Counted from the first letter of the whole stretch, positions 22,888 through 35,263 are shown. The stretch: 61,790 nucleotides of DNA, filler included, from Globobulimina sp. (GCA_003354225.1; 25 parts of 25 records of this genome joined end to end with filler, not necessarily neighbours in it); one strand, 5' to 3'. The notes: a model not told the origin generated them from the sequence alone. Translations and numbers: made by a program.

Positions 22888-23206
22888 TATACAATAAAAA
22901 ATCAGGATTGGTCTACGAGGTTTACGGACAGTGTCAAATGAACAAAACTTAAAAACCAATTTAAAAATTGTCTTTCCTTTCGCCACATTAATATCTACAA
23001 AAGTTTTAATTAAAAATGATTATAAACTCTGGAAAGATAATTATCCAAATCATGCCACAATATATATATTAAAATGTTGAAAGCGTTCAAAAATAATTAT
23101 CAATTATAAGTAGCACAATCTATTTGTATAAAATTAATGTACAGTGTATATATTTAATTTGCGTGCCGTTTCCAGTTTTTTTGTTGTTCATCCAATTATT
23201 AAGAGA

Positions 23207-24664
23207 ATGGCACTTGAAGCAGCCCAGAAAAGAATAAACAAATTAGAAGCTCGTCTAAGAGAATATGAGGGTGCAACACCAAACCATGTCTTAGGGCATC
23301 CCTCAACGATGCCAGATAGACAATATCATCTATCGCTGACACCATATATTAATCGGGCTCCATTACTTCAGCCAAACAGTGGCGTTTATACAAAAATAGA
23401 AAATGGATATTCTTTCCAAAGTTACAAAGACATTCCATATCGCGGCAAAAAATTAGCATCCGCACTAAATAATATTGGTATAGCTACAGGTGACTGTATA
23501 GCGACATTCATGTATAACAATGGCAGACATTTTTTAATTCATTATGCCAGTGCATGCAGTGGAATATTATTAAATGCCCTTAATTTTCGATTATTTGTCG
23601 ACGATTTAATTTATATTATAAATCATGTTGGCGATAAAATAATATTTATTGATGCTTTGTTATTAGCTGAATTTGAAAAAATCCCCTTTCATAAATTAAA
23701 GACAATTAAATTGATAGTGGTTTGCGGCGAAAATGAAGCATCGGGCGGATGGAATACACCCTTATCAAATATGTGTCGTGTCATTGATTTTGAGAGATTT
23801 ATAGCAAACGGATCGAGTACAATAATATGGCCAAATTTAGATGAAAGGTCGGGAGTAAATATATGTTTTACATCGGGAACAACGGGCAAACCAAAAGGCG
23901 TAGTTTGTTCACATCGATCCACTGCAATACATTTAATGGCATATTTTATGACTGATTTTTTAAGTATTTCTGGCACTGATTGTTGGTTACCATTAGCACC
24001 AATGTTCCATGCCGCTGCCTGGTGTATTCCATACTTATCGTTATGTTTAGGTATTATCCATTTTAAAAACGTCAGATTTTCGTCAAACTTTACCTGGAAA
24101 ACACGTACTGCCCAGCAACATTTTGCCATGGAGACTGACGAAAAACTTTAAGTTCATGGCAACCAACTACAGTTTTCAACGCGTTTACCATAATATACAC
24201 AGGAAATAAAGTTGTTTTATCAAATCATTACTCAGATGCGGCTACACAAATGTCAATGGTCTATGATCACAAAGTAACCATATTCTCCGGTGTTCCCACA
24301 GTAATGCAAGCGTTGCGAATGGAATATGAAACCAATCCAAGTAAATATAGCAAAATAAAAGGCACATTATCAAGAATAATGACTGGTGGTTCGGCCCCAC
24401 CGCCTGAACTAATCAAATGGTATAAAAATACATTAAATGTAGAAGTCATTCAAATTTGGGGAATGACCGAAATGAATCCGATTGGTACCTATGGCCGAAG
24501 AATGAGCAGACAATGCGATATTGCTAAATCCGATGAGGAATTAATTGAAAATCAATTATGTGTTGGTTTGCCATTACCGAGTGTTGAAATTAAGGTTGTT
24601 AATTGTGATAATTATGAAGAAGAGTTGCCGTGGGAACATAAAAGCATCGGTGAGTTATTAGTCC
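23207..24664 (+). CDS. AMP-dependent acyl-CoA synthetase of the bacterial AlkK/DmdB-like medium/long-chain family; 2 exons, 3' partial
   Basis: Motifs LNFRLF, FTSGTTGKPKGVVCSHRS, PMFHAAAW, SGVPTV, GGSAPP and WGMTE. Intron 24051-24202. Confidence 0.88.
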
Positions 24665-24903
24665 NNNNNNNNNNNNNNNNNNNNNNNNNNNNNNNNNNNN
24701 NNNNNNNNTTAATTAATTAANNNNNNNNNNNNNNNNNNNNNNNNNNNNNNNNNNNNNNNNNNNNAATTGGATTTACCAAAATATTCTACCAAAATAATAT
24801 TAAAATCCAATGTGGCAGCTACTATTCTAAACTGTGACCTTAAGTCCAATATTCTCAAAATTTCAGTGAAAGGTTTTCTGATTTCAGTGAAAGGTTTACA
24901 ATA

Positions 24904-26291
24904 ATGGCAACCTTACTATACCACACTATGGATCAAGAACCTGATCCAGAAGAATTATTTGAATTTCTGAATTGTGAGCATTGTAATGGCTCAATCAGGA
25001 TATATAAAGCAATGGATAAAAACAATTCTGAATTAGTTGCAATAAAAATAATTCCATATAACGACGATGAATACAGCAAAATTATAAAAAAAGAAATAAA
25101 AATCCAAAAACGAATACATTCGTCGTATATTACAAATATAAAAAGCGTATTCGTTAAGCATCACAATATATACATTGTAATGGATTATTGCATTGGCTCA
25201 GTTCTTGACATCATTAATATCACAAAAACAAACTTGAAAGAAAAACAAATTCAAATTATTATGAGAGAGTCGTTAACCGCATTAAAAGCGTTGCATTGTA
25301 ATCAAATAATACATAAAAACATAAAAGCAAGCAATGTAATGATAGCTATTGGAGATGAAGAGATATCCAAAGAATATAATGTCGAAATGTTAATTACCGG
25401 CTATGTCCGTGAACATTCTACAATGTACAATTGTTATATACCGAGGCAATTATTTGCATTTTTCATAGTATTTTGTCGTGAAAAGGTTAGTCTTATAAAA
25501 TTAAGTATGTCTCTTACTAATTAACTATCAGTATCATAGTGGACACCGTTTGTTTGCAGATAATTATTTATTGTTTTTTGTTAAAATAAGATTTTTCGTT
25601 ACCGATTGATGACCAACGCGCGGAGAATATAAGCAAAATTATTGATAATTCATATTGGTTGGCACCAGAAATAGTTCGTTGCAACGCAAAGCATAACGAA
25701 AAAACAGATATCTGGTCGCTCGGTATAACTGCGATTGAAATGGCAACTGGCAAAGTACCACATTGTGATAAGACTCCAATGCAGGCCTTGTTGATAAGTT
25801 CGCGTAGTTTGCCTTTGGAGTCATGTAACGAAAAATGGTCAAATTCGTTTAGGGATTTTGTGGATCAGTGTGTTGTCAAAGATCCAGCGAAAAGAGCGTC
25901 AGTTGATATGCTATTAAAACATAAATGGATTAAAAAGGCGCCTGGGAATTATGTACTGTATGATTGGATGATGAATGGTGCGAAATTATTGGATGGTTAT
26001 AATTATGATATTGGTATTGATGATGAATTTGAATTCATTGAATGGATACAGAACGAATGGAAAACTGGATCAAAAGTGGAAGTATACTCGAAGTCGTTTG
26101 ATCGTTGGTTTGTAGGAAATATCAAACGAATATTTACAGATTGCGAAGGCGAATGGCTTGAAGTAAAATATGCAGTGAATAATCTGTTGAGACTAAAACA
26201 AATACCCCGCGATGACAGTGATGCAATACGTCCATATTCAAAGGCAATGGGTGTATATCAATATATATATAATGCAATTATTAATAATTAG
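24904..26291 (+). CDS. STE20/MST-like pseudokinase with an internal insert and a C-terminal Tudor/Agenet-like domain, 2 exons
   Basis: Has DPEELF, VAIK, YWLAPE and DIWSLGITAIEMATG. The Gly loop is missing, HRD reads HKN, and DFG reads NFS after removing intron 25505-25590. C-terminus is WKTGSKVEVYS...W..G.I...EWLEVKY. Confidence 0.85.
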
Positions 26292-27240
26292 ATGAAATTA
26301 AACCAGAAGAAACTATGTTTTTCTGTGTTGAAATAAATTTTGTTATTTAATTATAAACATAGTTGCTTTCGAATTAATCAAGTTCTTTTTTTTTAATTTT
26401 TTCTGTGAAAACCTTTCAATTAGTTCTGTATACATATGTATTATTTACTGCATCTGTTTTTCATTATATCATTGCATACATGATTGATTACAATGCTTCA
26501 TTGTTGTCAGCTGTCGCAAAAATTAGTAGAATGAGTTCATAGGTGATAAGCGGACTGGATTATAGCGTTGGTTTGAGATCTGTGTATGACATATCGAAAC
26601 AATTAAAAAAAAACGAAGTTCTGAACATTTCCAAAACTTCACAAGTGTGTATCATAAAACGCATCCAAACGTATTATTTGAAACATATATTTCTAAAAAT
26701 ATTTAATATAAAAACTTGAAATGAGTTTATAGTATGAATCGGTTGAAACTGTATGATTTAAAATCACTAAGCTTTCGGCTAACGTAAAGTAGCCATTGTC
26801 AAACTGTTTAATTGAAGACTTAAAAATGTCCAATCACAAAAAACTACACACACTCAAACAACAACAATAAGAAAAGAAAACAAAAGCAAACACACGTGAA
26901 ATAATAACAAATTGAATCAAAACGATATGATTCATATTAAATACAATTGGTTGTAACAAAAATAAATAAACAGAAACAAAATCAACCAATTTGAAACAAC
27001 TAATAATAAAAATAAATATAAAACTTAAGAGGGTACAAGACCCTGGAACCCTTGGGAAAAACACTCTGCGACTGCGAGTGCAAAGATAAAAATAAAAAAC
27101 TGAAAGTAAGTACTAACTCAAAAACTTCAAAATTGAATGGNNNNNNNNNNNNNNNNNNNNNNNNNNNNNNNNNNNNNNNNNNNNTTAATTAATTAANNNN
27201 NNNNNNNNNNNNNNNNNNNNNNNNNNNNNNNNNNNNNNNN

Positions 27241-27997
27241 ATGATCATAGAGTATACCAAAAAGAAAAGTGTAAATGATCAAGCTTACAGGGACTTAACT
27301 CCTTTTTTAAACCCTTTGCCAACACAACCACAACAACAAAAAGAAATACTACATCCACCAATACACTGCAAATACGACAATAAACATAAGAAGCGCAAAA
27401 CACGTCCAACACGACAACATATTCGACAACAATTAGCGTTTAACACACCAATAAAAACACAACCGAAACCACAGAAAAAAATACATTCACAGCCACCAGC
27501 ACCAGCACAAATACAATCGCCGATGAGACAACAATCACAAATGCCGTCACAAACCCAAACACCATCGATATCAGCAAATACATTATGTAAATTCCTGGCA
27601 GGTGGTGTGTTTTTGGTTTTTCTTATTATGGCCTTGAATGCCGCCGTAATGTATGAAATTATGAAAGATAATCAAGAAACAACAACCAAATTAATACTGA
27701 CTCTCCAACAATCCATGCAAATAAATTCTTCGCTACAGCAACAAACTTTGAATTTATTTGCTGAGCAACAAAAAGAAATAAAAGAAATAATCAAACAACA
27801 ACAAAAGAGAATGGATTTACACGAATCAACACCAAAACATAAAAGAAATGATAATGAATCCATAGAATTATTATTTGTTAAGTTTTTTTTTCCGATCCAT
27901 TGAATATATAAATATGTTGAAACCAATTATTCAGATGAGAACATTGTATAAATGCATGCATTCTGAGCCATGGCAATGGAATAATAATAATAACTAA
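27241..27997 (+). CDS. Uncharacterised single-pass membrane protein (Gln/Pro-rich, TM, coiled coil), probably 5' partial
   Basis: TM FLAGGVFLVFLIMALNAAVMY. Probable intron 27877-27934 and last exon MRTLYKCMHSEPWQWNNNNN*. Confidence 0.6.
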
Positions 27998-28062
27998 TAA
28001 TTGATTCATATTTTGCTGATTTTATGGCATTATCGACAAATAAAATACATCCTTCACTCATT

Positions 28063-28145
28063 ATATTGTCAAAACTGTGGATATTTTATTTGTGGATATT
28101 GTCAAAACTGTGGATATTTTATTTGTGGATATTGTCAAAACTGTG
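28063..28145. repeat. 33-nt tandem repeat, about 2.5 copies
   Basis: Unit ATATTGTCAAAACTGTGGATATTTTATTTGTGG is repeated exactly. Confidence 0.9.
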
Positions 28146-28517
28146 GGTGACACAGACAACGGAGACACCGCAATAATCTCAGCATTTTTTTTGTAATAAA
28201 CATTCTCTTCATTTCATTTTCTTTTTTTTCTTTTGCATTGTCATCAATTTTATATTAATTATTATTATTACACATCAAAACACCAAATACAAAAACCGTC
28301 TGAATATCATATACGTATTCAGTTCCTAGTTTGGATTGCTTTAATTGTCAGTACTCGTATTTAGAAGGTTCTATTTTCAGGTTTTTAGATCCTATGAATT
28401 TGTTATCACCATCTTCCCGGTGCGCAAGGATCAATATAGCAACGAAAGTGTTGCTAGTGTTTTTATTTGTTATTTTTGATTATATTTTTTTGCATAACTA
28501 TATACTTCAAATATGGT

Positions 28518-29396
28518 TTATTCCTCTTCCTTTTCTTCTTTTTCGTCTTGATTTCCAACTTTTTTATCGTCTTTGTTTTCAATGTTTTCTTCATATTTAG
28601 CATCAAAACTGTTTACACCAAATTTATTCCTCCAAATATCAAATGCATCGTTGTTCTCATAATTGTTTCCAATCCACCAATCTTGTTTATATATATGATT
28701 CATATATTTTGCAATATGTTTATATGCAGTTTTTGGACTAAAAATATCAACATTCAATGCATTTTTGCTATGGATTATAATTGCATGTAACTTGGGTATT
28801 AATTCAATATCACATAAACATAATTTATTGCTGCCATTTAAATAAATATCAGTGTTGTCAAAGTTTGTTAAATGTAACTCCGCCAAATATCCTTCAATTC
28901 CTGACAATGATTTCTTGTATGTATCATATTTCTGTTTATTGACATGATTATTAATAACTCCATTATTGCGCGTACCAATATCTTTTGCCAATGCTATAAA
29001 ATCACCAAATATGCTTTTCCCACCAGGAATTTTATCAATATTTACATTGTTTGCAGCTAATATGGATGGTTTGTATGTGCTTTCTAAATATTTGACAATT
29101 TCGCCAGAATCAAATATACGAACTTTATTGTTTGTATCTTGTAATGTTGGCGTTGAACCTCTCCATTTATCCGTATCACCTCCAATTAAATTAAATGTTT
29201 TGTCTTTGTTTAAATCTAAAAAATATTGTGGTTTGTTTGATAAATCAATAAATTTCTTTTCAAACTTTATTCCATGTAATGATAAACATATCGCTGCTTT
29301 TTGAGTAAATGGACAGTCACCGAGTCCAGTCCCACCAATATTGCTTTTACAATAAAGAATAATGTCACATGTTGAATCTTCTTTTGCTTCAGCCAT
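28518..29396 (-). CDS. Dehydroascorbate reductase / CLIC-like glutathione transferase-fold protein
   Basis: LYCK...GLGDCPFTQK, IDLSNKPQYFLDL, DSGEIVKYLE and CDIELIPKLH. Likely start is MAEAK at 29396. Confidence 0.85.
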   Translation of the reverse strand: MAEAKEDSTCDIILYCKSNIGGTGLGDCPFTQKAAICLSLHGIKFEKKFIDLSNKPQYFLDLNKDKTFNLIGGDTDKWRGSTPTLQDTNNKVRIFDSGEIVKYLESTYKPSILAANNVNIDKIPGGKSIFGDFIALAKDIGTRNNGVINNHVNKQKYDTYKKSLSGIEGYLAELHLTNFDNTDIYLNGSNKLCLCDIELIPKLHAIIIHSKNALNVDIFSPKTAYKHIAKYMNHIYKQDWWIGNNYENNDAFDIWRNKFGVNSFDAKYEENIENKDDKKVGNQDEKEEKEEE

Positions 29397-31362
29397 TAGA
29401 CGTTCCGGAAATGTTTTCACACTCAACAGTTTTTTGTGAGATATAATCAAATAATCTTTGGCGACCATGAAGCGGTCTCGAGACATGCTGGACAATATCG
29501 ATGACATTAAGCTTCTTTTATTGGGGTGACCTTTTCATTCAATGAATAAGAAGCTATCCTGCAATGCGGAATACAGCAACAAAGAGAAAACGAAAGCGAA
29601 AGAATAATGAATCGAANNNNNNNNNNNNNNNNNNNNNNNNNNNNNNNNNNNNNNNNNNNNTTAATTAATTAANNNNNNNNNNNNNNNNNNNNNNNNNNNN
29701 NNNNNNNNNNNNNNNNAACAAAGTCAGAACAAATTTATAATTGAATTTTCGGTATACAAAGGGGGGGTTATCCAAACGGGGGGGGTGGATTTCGTTGAAA
29801 GGTTTTAACAGATACCATTAATTAATACAGAACCAATACATCATTAATCATGTACCAATTATAATATTGTTAACGAATTATTAATAGGTGTTTGTTTTTC
29901 TTCTTGTTGATTACAAGAATGTACAGATGAGCGAAATCACGTAAAGGTGTTTTGAAATGAAAGATAAATATTTACAGTTTTTTTGTCAGTCCATTTCTAA
30001 CATCCTCGACTTTCAGAGACAATAAGCTTTTAACTTACTCTGATTGCTAAAATATCAACCATTAGCAACCCATTAAAAAAATCTGACACACCAAAAACTT
30101 ACAGATGGCTGCAGCTTCGAATCAGATGGACTTACACGATCAACATACAACAGCATGGCTGGTACGTACGTATGCTTCTATTTTGTCGAACGCAAAACCC
30201 CAATTCGTATCTGTCAAACAAACCAGAGCACCACAGGCAGCCAGATATTCTTCATGCAACTCGGTAGTGCCCCTATATATATATCTCAACAACTTTAGAT
30301 ATACTTTCTGTACATACACCAAAACACAGGATTCTTATGCTACGAAGTTGGATTTGTCAAACCTGTATGGACTCAATCAGTCATTCTTAAAAACATTGAG
30401 TATCCAATTGTTTCCATCCATTGACTACGTGCAACCCCTCCAACATTCCAATCCATGCTTTTATTTATTATATATTATATTATTGTATTTTGTGTAAATA
30501 ACAATTCATTTCCGGGAAGAATATAAGAATAATTAGTACAAATCATCATATCTGAAACACAAAAAAATAAAAAAAATAAAAACAAAACTATTACAGATTT
30601 AAAACGAATGAGAGAGAATGGAAATGTCATTAATGATTCTGGCATATAACATACAACCGATACTAACTTACATATATATAATGTATAAATATTAATGACA
30701 TACAGAGTTTAATGGCGTGTAATTGTTGAGCACTTTAACAAACCTTGTTGTTTTTCAATGGGCATTGGATAATTAATTGATTGAGAAATGATTGCAAAGC
30801 ATCGTATTAATATATATAGAAACAACAAAAGAGACATAAAACAAACGGAATACATTGAGATATTACATACAAAAAAATTAAAAAGAGAAACATACAGTTT
30901 CTGTATTATTATTTATGTTTTTTAAACGAAAAAAGTCGACATCTGGATAATAAACTTAGTGCTGATATATATTTATTTAAGTTAGTATCAGATATATTTA
31001 TTATTCAGTAATGGGATGTGATGCATTGAACAGCCCCTAAATAGAACATCTGTTACAAGGCAATTGCAAATATATATAATCACAAAAAGCAGAGTGAAAT
31101 ACAATAAAATATACCAGAAATGTACCGTATGTTGAGATGCGTTTATCATTTCGATGACTGCATAGAGAGAGCACATTGGATCGGAATAAAAACATAAAAA
31201 CACAGACATACAGATGACGCATGATATTGTAACCAATCACTTGGTATATTTTATTGTATTTTGTGTGGTTAGCTGAGGCAGACTCATTTGTTTGGATACT
31301 AACAATAGAAAGTTTACGTAAATTATGTTGCAAAAAATTTTTATTTAAGAAGCAAATATTGG

Positions 31363-31832
31363 CTATTTATCATATAGAAAATATAAATTTGTTAACTGAC
31401 CATCGTCTTCGTCTTCTTCTTCTATTATCGATGCATATTTATGTACAAATATTTAATATAAATTTCGGGAAATTTCAAAATGATAAATACTTAACCGGCG
31501 AGCGCCGAGCTGCTGGAACCAAAACCAATTAAATGTGACCCATTTTCCATTGTGGAGGTGAGACTGGTGTATTTTTTTATGTTTTTTCGAGAAATTTCTG
31601 AGAATACGAATGTTTTTCATTATACGTACCTGATGGCTGAGAATACCATGCATGACGGTGTTGCGTTCATTGTTTGTGGATAGGACATTGTTATTGTTGG
31701 AGCGGATGATTGTGTGAAGGAGGAGGCAGATGCAAATCGTGTATAGTTGGAGCTGAACGAGGGTTTAAATGAGGATTGGAAGGACATTCTACGACTGGCC
31801 CCACGCAATCCATGACCCAGACGGGATTGCAT
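31363..31832 (-). CDS. Small protein with a mitochondrial-presequence-like N-terminus, weakly NFD6/NOXY2-like; multi-exon, 3' structure uncertain
   Basis: Exon 1 (31832-31630) is R/S-rich with no acidic residues. Exon 2 is 31563-31496. A micro-exon at 31421-31401 encodes EEEDEDDG. All junctions are GT-AG. Confidence 0.6.
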
Positions 31833-31928
31833 ATTTTTATGTTTATATAGCAATGAACTGTGATGTACTCACTTGTGCGATTTTGGTTGACTGTGTTTAA
31901 GTGAGGTGAAAACTATTCGGACACTAAA

Positions 31929-32092
31929 ATGACGAGAATGTTTGGTAATATTCGTCTGTTATCCACTTGGAACATATGGTGTGCGCCTTTTGGTTCAGAA
32001 TTCTTATTTCATAAACATGATCAAATTCGGAATGTTAATGATAAAAATGTACTGAAATTAATCAATGATTATAATGCAACGGATATCATAAA
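31929..32092 (+). CDS. Possible endonuclease/exonuclease/phosphatase-family protein, 5' fragment
   Basis: IRLLSTWNIW...DII resembles the EEP N-terminal strand that precedes D-x-x-x-x-QE. Truncated by the contig end. Confidence 0.4.
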
Positions 32093-32193
32093 NNNNNNNN
32101 NNNNNNNNNNNNNNNNNNNNNNNNNNNNNNNNNNNNTTAATTAATTAANNNNNNNNNNNNNNNNNNNNNNNNNNNNNNNNNNNNNNNNNNNNC

Positions 32194-34568
32194 AAAGGAT
32201 TTCCATTTCGACTTAGTTCACCCTTAGTGGATGATTCTGAAAATGGATCGATTTCACCTGCTTCGCCACTGAGCCAAGTAAACCTTTATCACACTGATAA
32301 TATATTAAACTACCAACTGCCATGCGCCAAACCATTGTTATGTAGACACGCACCAAATATAAATGAAGGCATCGAAGTGGATGGCTACAAACAAAAATTA
32401 AAAGCATTAAACTCATTATTATCGCCCATTCAATTATTTCATGAGATTGATTTAATGATAAAAAACTACCATACGCTTAAAAAAGAGTACTGTTTACAAT
32501 GGGAACTGCAGCAATTATATCGCCAACAAATCCGTTCCTTACTCAAGCAAAGTTACGCATTTATATATAAAAACAAACGTTTTTTATAAACACATTTATT
32601 TTATTTTAGAAAAAACACCACAAAACAACAACGATCATCCAATTCCACCATATTTAATGCCATTGCATGACATTGAATTATTAATTCAACGTTTACAAAA
32701 CATCCAATTTTCAATCACAGAAATCTTTCAAAATTGTTTAAACAAAAAGAAAAGCAGAAAATCGCAGAGAAACTCAAGAGTAATCTCGCCAAAAATGCAC
32801 AAAAACATCAAACCCAGCAATGTGCGGAGATTATCTGGCTGTGCCTCTGATGCATATTTATTAACAAAACGCAAAAAAACAAAATCAAAAAGAAAAACAA
32901 AACAAAATAAATACAGCGAATATGACTCTTTTTCGCCATTAAATATAACACTTCCCTACAATGTGAGGATGAGCAATCGGCGCCGTCTCAGTGTGCGTTC
33001 TTTTGGCAGTTTATATTCCGACGAATTTCGTAATTCCGTAGCCATAAATTATAAGAAACGCATGTCGTTACACGATGAGTTCAAACACCACGACGACTAC
33101 CTTGGTTTGCGGCAATTGCAAATTGTGGAATTTTACCATGATGATTACATTGGACAGCATCAAGTGTTTGAATCGCCGTTTGGTATAAGACCCATTATAT
33201 ACTGCGACTGGACCGCCTCTGGCAAACCGTTGCATTGCGTGGAGCGATATTTGTCCGCTGAGATGTTGCCTTTGTACGCCAATACGCATACAACTACCTC
33301 CATCACCGGCGTACAAACTAGTAAGTTCCGGTCGGAGGCCAGGTCCATAATATTAGAATCCGTCGGCGGTGATTGCAATGAGGACGTTATAATATTTGCA
33401 GGCAATGGCGCGACTGCAGCAATTTATAAAATGGCACATGTTTTAATGAAACAAAATGAATATACACCGTCGACAACCATTGTTTTTATATCTATTTATG
33501 AACACAATTCGAATGTATTTATTTGGAAGGAATTGGGCTGTAAAATCATTGTAATTCCAGAGAGCGATGGTTATGATTCGGGTGGCTTAGATTTGCAAAT
33601 ATTAGAAAATCATTTGCGTTTTTATACCAGTTTGCATATGAAACATAAATATAATTTATTGATTGGTACGTTTTCCGCCGCATCAAATGTGTCTGGTGTT
33701 GTCGCGCCGATTGATGAATGTACAGAGTTGCTACATCGATATAATGCGCTGTCGTTTTGGGACTATGCCACTGCGGCGCCCTATGTTCATATTAATATGA
33801 CCAATGGACAAAACCCGATGTTGTCGAAAGATGCGGTGTTTATATCGCCACATAAATGTCTGGGCGGCCCTGGATCGCCTGGTTTGTGTGCAGTATTTTG
33901 TACATATTTGTATGTTGTGTGTGTGTTGAAATCGTTTGCTTTTTTTGTAAGGAATTCTATGTGCGAAGAAAGGGCTATTTTTAAATTACACGCCGGTGGT
34001 GGCCGGCGGAGGAACGGTGTTTATAGCGTACGGTGTAGAGGATGGTGAGTGGGAATATTTGGATAATATCGAAGAAAGAGAAGAAGGCGGCACACCAAAC
34101 ATCATCGGCAGCGTTCGCGCCGCCTTTGCCTTTATGGTGAAAGATCATTTAAGCACTGAATTTATACAGCACAGAGAGCGGCAATTTTTGCAATATTTTT
34201 TGCAAGAATGTGAAAGCATTTCCAATTTGGTCATAATGGGCAATACGGACTGTGAGCGGCTTCCGGTGATATCGTTTTTGATCACACACACAAAGAAAGG
34301 CTTTGGTGCTGCCAAGAAAACAAAATATTTGCATTATAATTTTATCGCTGCGTTAATGAACGACCTGTTTGGGATACAAGGACGTGGCGGCTGTGCTTGT
34401 GCTGGAATGTACGGCAAATATGTGCTAAATATGAGTGCGGCGCAAATTGATAATGTGGTGAAACAGTTGAGACTGAGCAAGAATGAGTTGTCGCGACCTG
34501 GGTATTTTAGAATAAATCTGCATTATACGCTAAATACAAATGAGTTGAATTATATTATACATGCTATA
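32194..34568 (+). CDS. PLP-dependent class V aminotransferase / cysteine desulfurase-like protein with a long N-terminal extension; 3 exons, partial at both ends
   Basis: Motifs YCDWTASG, YANTHT, EHNSN, WDYATAAPY, SPHK (PLP lysine), REEGGTP and RGGCACAG. Introns 32552-32609 and 33882-33951. Confidence 0.9.
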
Positions 34569-34668
34569 NNNNNNNNNNNNNNNNNNNNNNNNNNNNNNNN
34601 NNNNNNNNNNNNTTAATTAATTAANNNNNNNNNNNNNNNNNNNNNNNNNNNNNNNNNNNNNNNNNNNN

Positions 34669-35160
34669 CTCTTTGTATTTGCTGCGTTGATATCTGCATT
34701 GATATCTGATGACAATTTACTTAATGCAGCTTCAATCGATGATATCTCACTGCTCTCTTCTGTTGATTCGCCATTACTGTCTGAACCTGTATCCTCGCTA
34801 AAATCTGCTTCTTCCGCAGATTCATTGTCTTCGCTTGAATTCGCCTCTTCGACATCATCATCATCGATAAAATAGTCAGTATCGGTTGAATCAACATCGC
34901 CTTCTTCGGCATCATCTAATAACTGTCGATTGGAATGGGGTAATATATTATGGTCGGCAAAGTGTGATGCATCGGTTATTGCTGTGTATGGTTATATTAT
35001 TGGAGTTCGTTTGTATGTAAAATAAGGTATGTTTGTATCTAATTTGGGTTTAATTAATTTGTGTTTAATTAATTAACGTACCGTATGTTTCAGTTTGATT
35101 TGGTTCTACATATAAAATTAGAACGAGTGCTGTTAGTATCAATGCTACCGTTGGATTCAT
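34669..35160 (-). CDS. Secreted, highly acidic (Asp/Glu/Ser-rich) protein, missed by the ORF track; 2 exons, 3' partial
   Basis: Exon 1 (35160-35082) encodes signal peptide MNPTVALILTALVLILYVEP. Intron 34982-35081. Exon 2 is open to the contig end: RQLLDDAEEGDVDSTDTDYFIDDDDVEEANSSEDNESAEE... Confidence 0.75.
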
Positions 35161-35263
35161 TTTGAGTGTCAATAGATGTGGAAGTATTGAAATATGATAT
35201 GATTGTTTAAATAATATACAGATAATCTCAGTGAGTTTGGTTAAAAAACAGCTTAAATTTTCA

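Noticed and set aside
28063-28145. CRISPR-like repeat of 33 nt
   Set aside because: The units are head-to-tail with no unique spacers, and there are no cas genes.
29761-29788. G-quadruplex from G7 and G8 runs
   Set aside because: There are only two long runs and no other support. It is noted as low-complexity sequence only.
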